64,000 nucleotides of DNA from the NCBI RefSeq assembly GCF_006345805.1, contig NC_042997.1, positions 174,158,001-174,222,000 of the forward strand, read 5' to 3'. Positions within the stretch are counted from its first letter, which is position 1. Each line of letters starts with the position of its first letter. Position numbers and translations under genes: made by a program. Below are positions 63,029-64,000 of the stretch, piece after piece. This DNA comes from Octopus sinensis. Lineage: Eukaryota. The notes under the pieces are model-generated. The model was given only the letters and a program-made list of their open reading frames with translations. It was not told where the DNA came from and ran no database searches.

Positions 63029-63096
63029 ATAATAATAATAATAATGATAATAATAATAATAATAATGAGATAGTTAACTTTACAGTCTCAAATAAT

Positions 63097-63386
63097 GAGA
63101 AAATCAGTATCCGGGGTATAGAGAAAATAGCGAACTCCCAGGACCTAGCCTTTGAATTACAGAGACTATGGAAAGTGCGCGTAAAATGTGTCCCCGTAGT
63201 TATAGGTGCATTGGGAACTATTCCCAAAGATTTGAAGAGCTCGATAGAAAAAAATAGGCATAAAACTTAGTGTAGTACAGCTCGTGGAAATAGTATTATT
63301 TGGGGCAGCTAGGCATTCTAAGGTTACTTGTTGCCCGATGTTACCAATTTTTCTTTTCCGACAGCCTAATCTGTTGTAAGTATACG
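63097..63386 (+). mobile_element. R4/Dong LINE 3' end (second subfamily)
   Basis: EKIANSQDLAFELQRLWKVRVKCVPVVIGALGTIPKDL. Confidence 0.9.
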
Positions 63387-63422
63387 AATAATGATGATGA
63401 TGATATTAATAATAATTATAAA

Positions 63423-63487
63423 TGCCCTGATGCGGTACCAGATAGTGGCTCTCATGGATTTTGATCTTAATTGACTGGAAGTGTTAC
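63423..63487 (+). mobile_element. 5' stub of the (AAT)n-associated element
   Basis: tgccctgatgcggtaccagatagtggctctcatgg...ggaagtgtta. Confidence 0.85.
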
Positions 63488-63519
63488 CATTATCATTATT
63501 ATTATTATTGTTGTTTTTA

Positions 63520-63587
<68 letters not shown>

Positions 63588-63983
63588 GTCATCATCATCC
63601 AAAAAGAAGTGGAAGTATACAGTAATAAGTGGACCGCCTAGTATTTACTTACATTGTTTTGTTTGTTTAGACAACGAAGAAGTTATTTTCTCAGCCATTT
63701 CAAGTAACTAATCACTATAGACTCAAGTGTCCTTAAAATATATTCATATGTGCGTAGAGGACTGTTAATGATTTGTGAACCAATTGTCTGTACCCTCTTA
63801 ACTGACATACATTGGCGAGACCAGTTTTGTTTTACGCTGTCTGTCTTTCAGTAATTCAAATATTTTTGAGTAGAATCTCTGTCCCCCTTTATGGTTCCTG
63901 TTGAAGTCTACATTACTTTCAGATGTTTCTGGGATTAATAAAATAAGATACCTGTAATATACTGGGATCGACAGGTAGCGCTA

Positions 63984-64000
63984 AGGCGGCGAGCTGGCAG
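63984..64000 (+). mobile_element. Start of a SINE family A copy at the window edge
   Basis: aggcggcgagctggcag. Confidence 0.8.

Overview
AT-rich, microsatellite-saturated animal genomic DNA, most likely octopus (inferred from the compound microsatellite load and from tRNA-derived SINE families I recognise as cephalopod-type; not verified by a search). I cannot support any complete host protein-coding gene. Nearly all entries in the ORF track are translations of microsatellites or transposon relics, so the window reads as intergenic or as part of a very large intron. It contains: (1) several tRNA-headed SINE families, some with target-site duplications; (2) Tc1/mariner relics of four catalytic types (DD41D, DD36E, probable maT/DD37D, mariner/DD34D); (3) a hAT MITE with an 8-bp TSD, a piggyBac MITE with TTAA and a Helentron-like HINE; (4) CR1/L2-like, RTE and R4/Dong-like LINE 3' fragments, with the R4-like ones lodged in (AAT)n or (CATA)n tracts; (5) a Penelope reverse-transcriptase relic. 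The most striking signal is about ten minimal type-I hammerhead ribozyme motifs, some intact and some partial or degenerate, from several unrelated sequence families. They sit in inverted or direct Penelope-type repeats and each has a different self-complementary stem III/loop 3. One pair brackets a 544-nt retrozyme-like unit. Ribozyme activity is inferred from sequence only. Coordinates of degenerate repeats are approximate.
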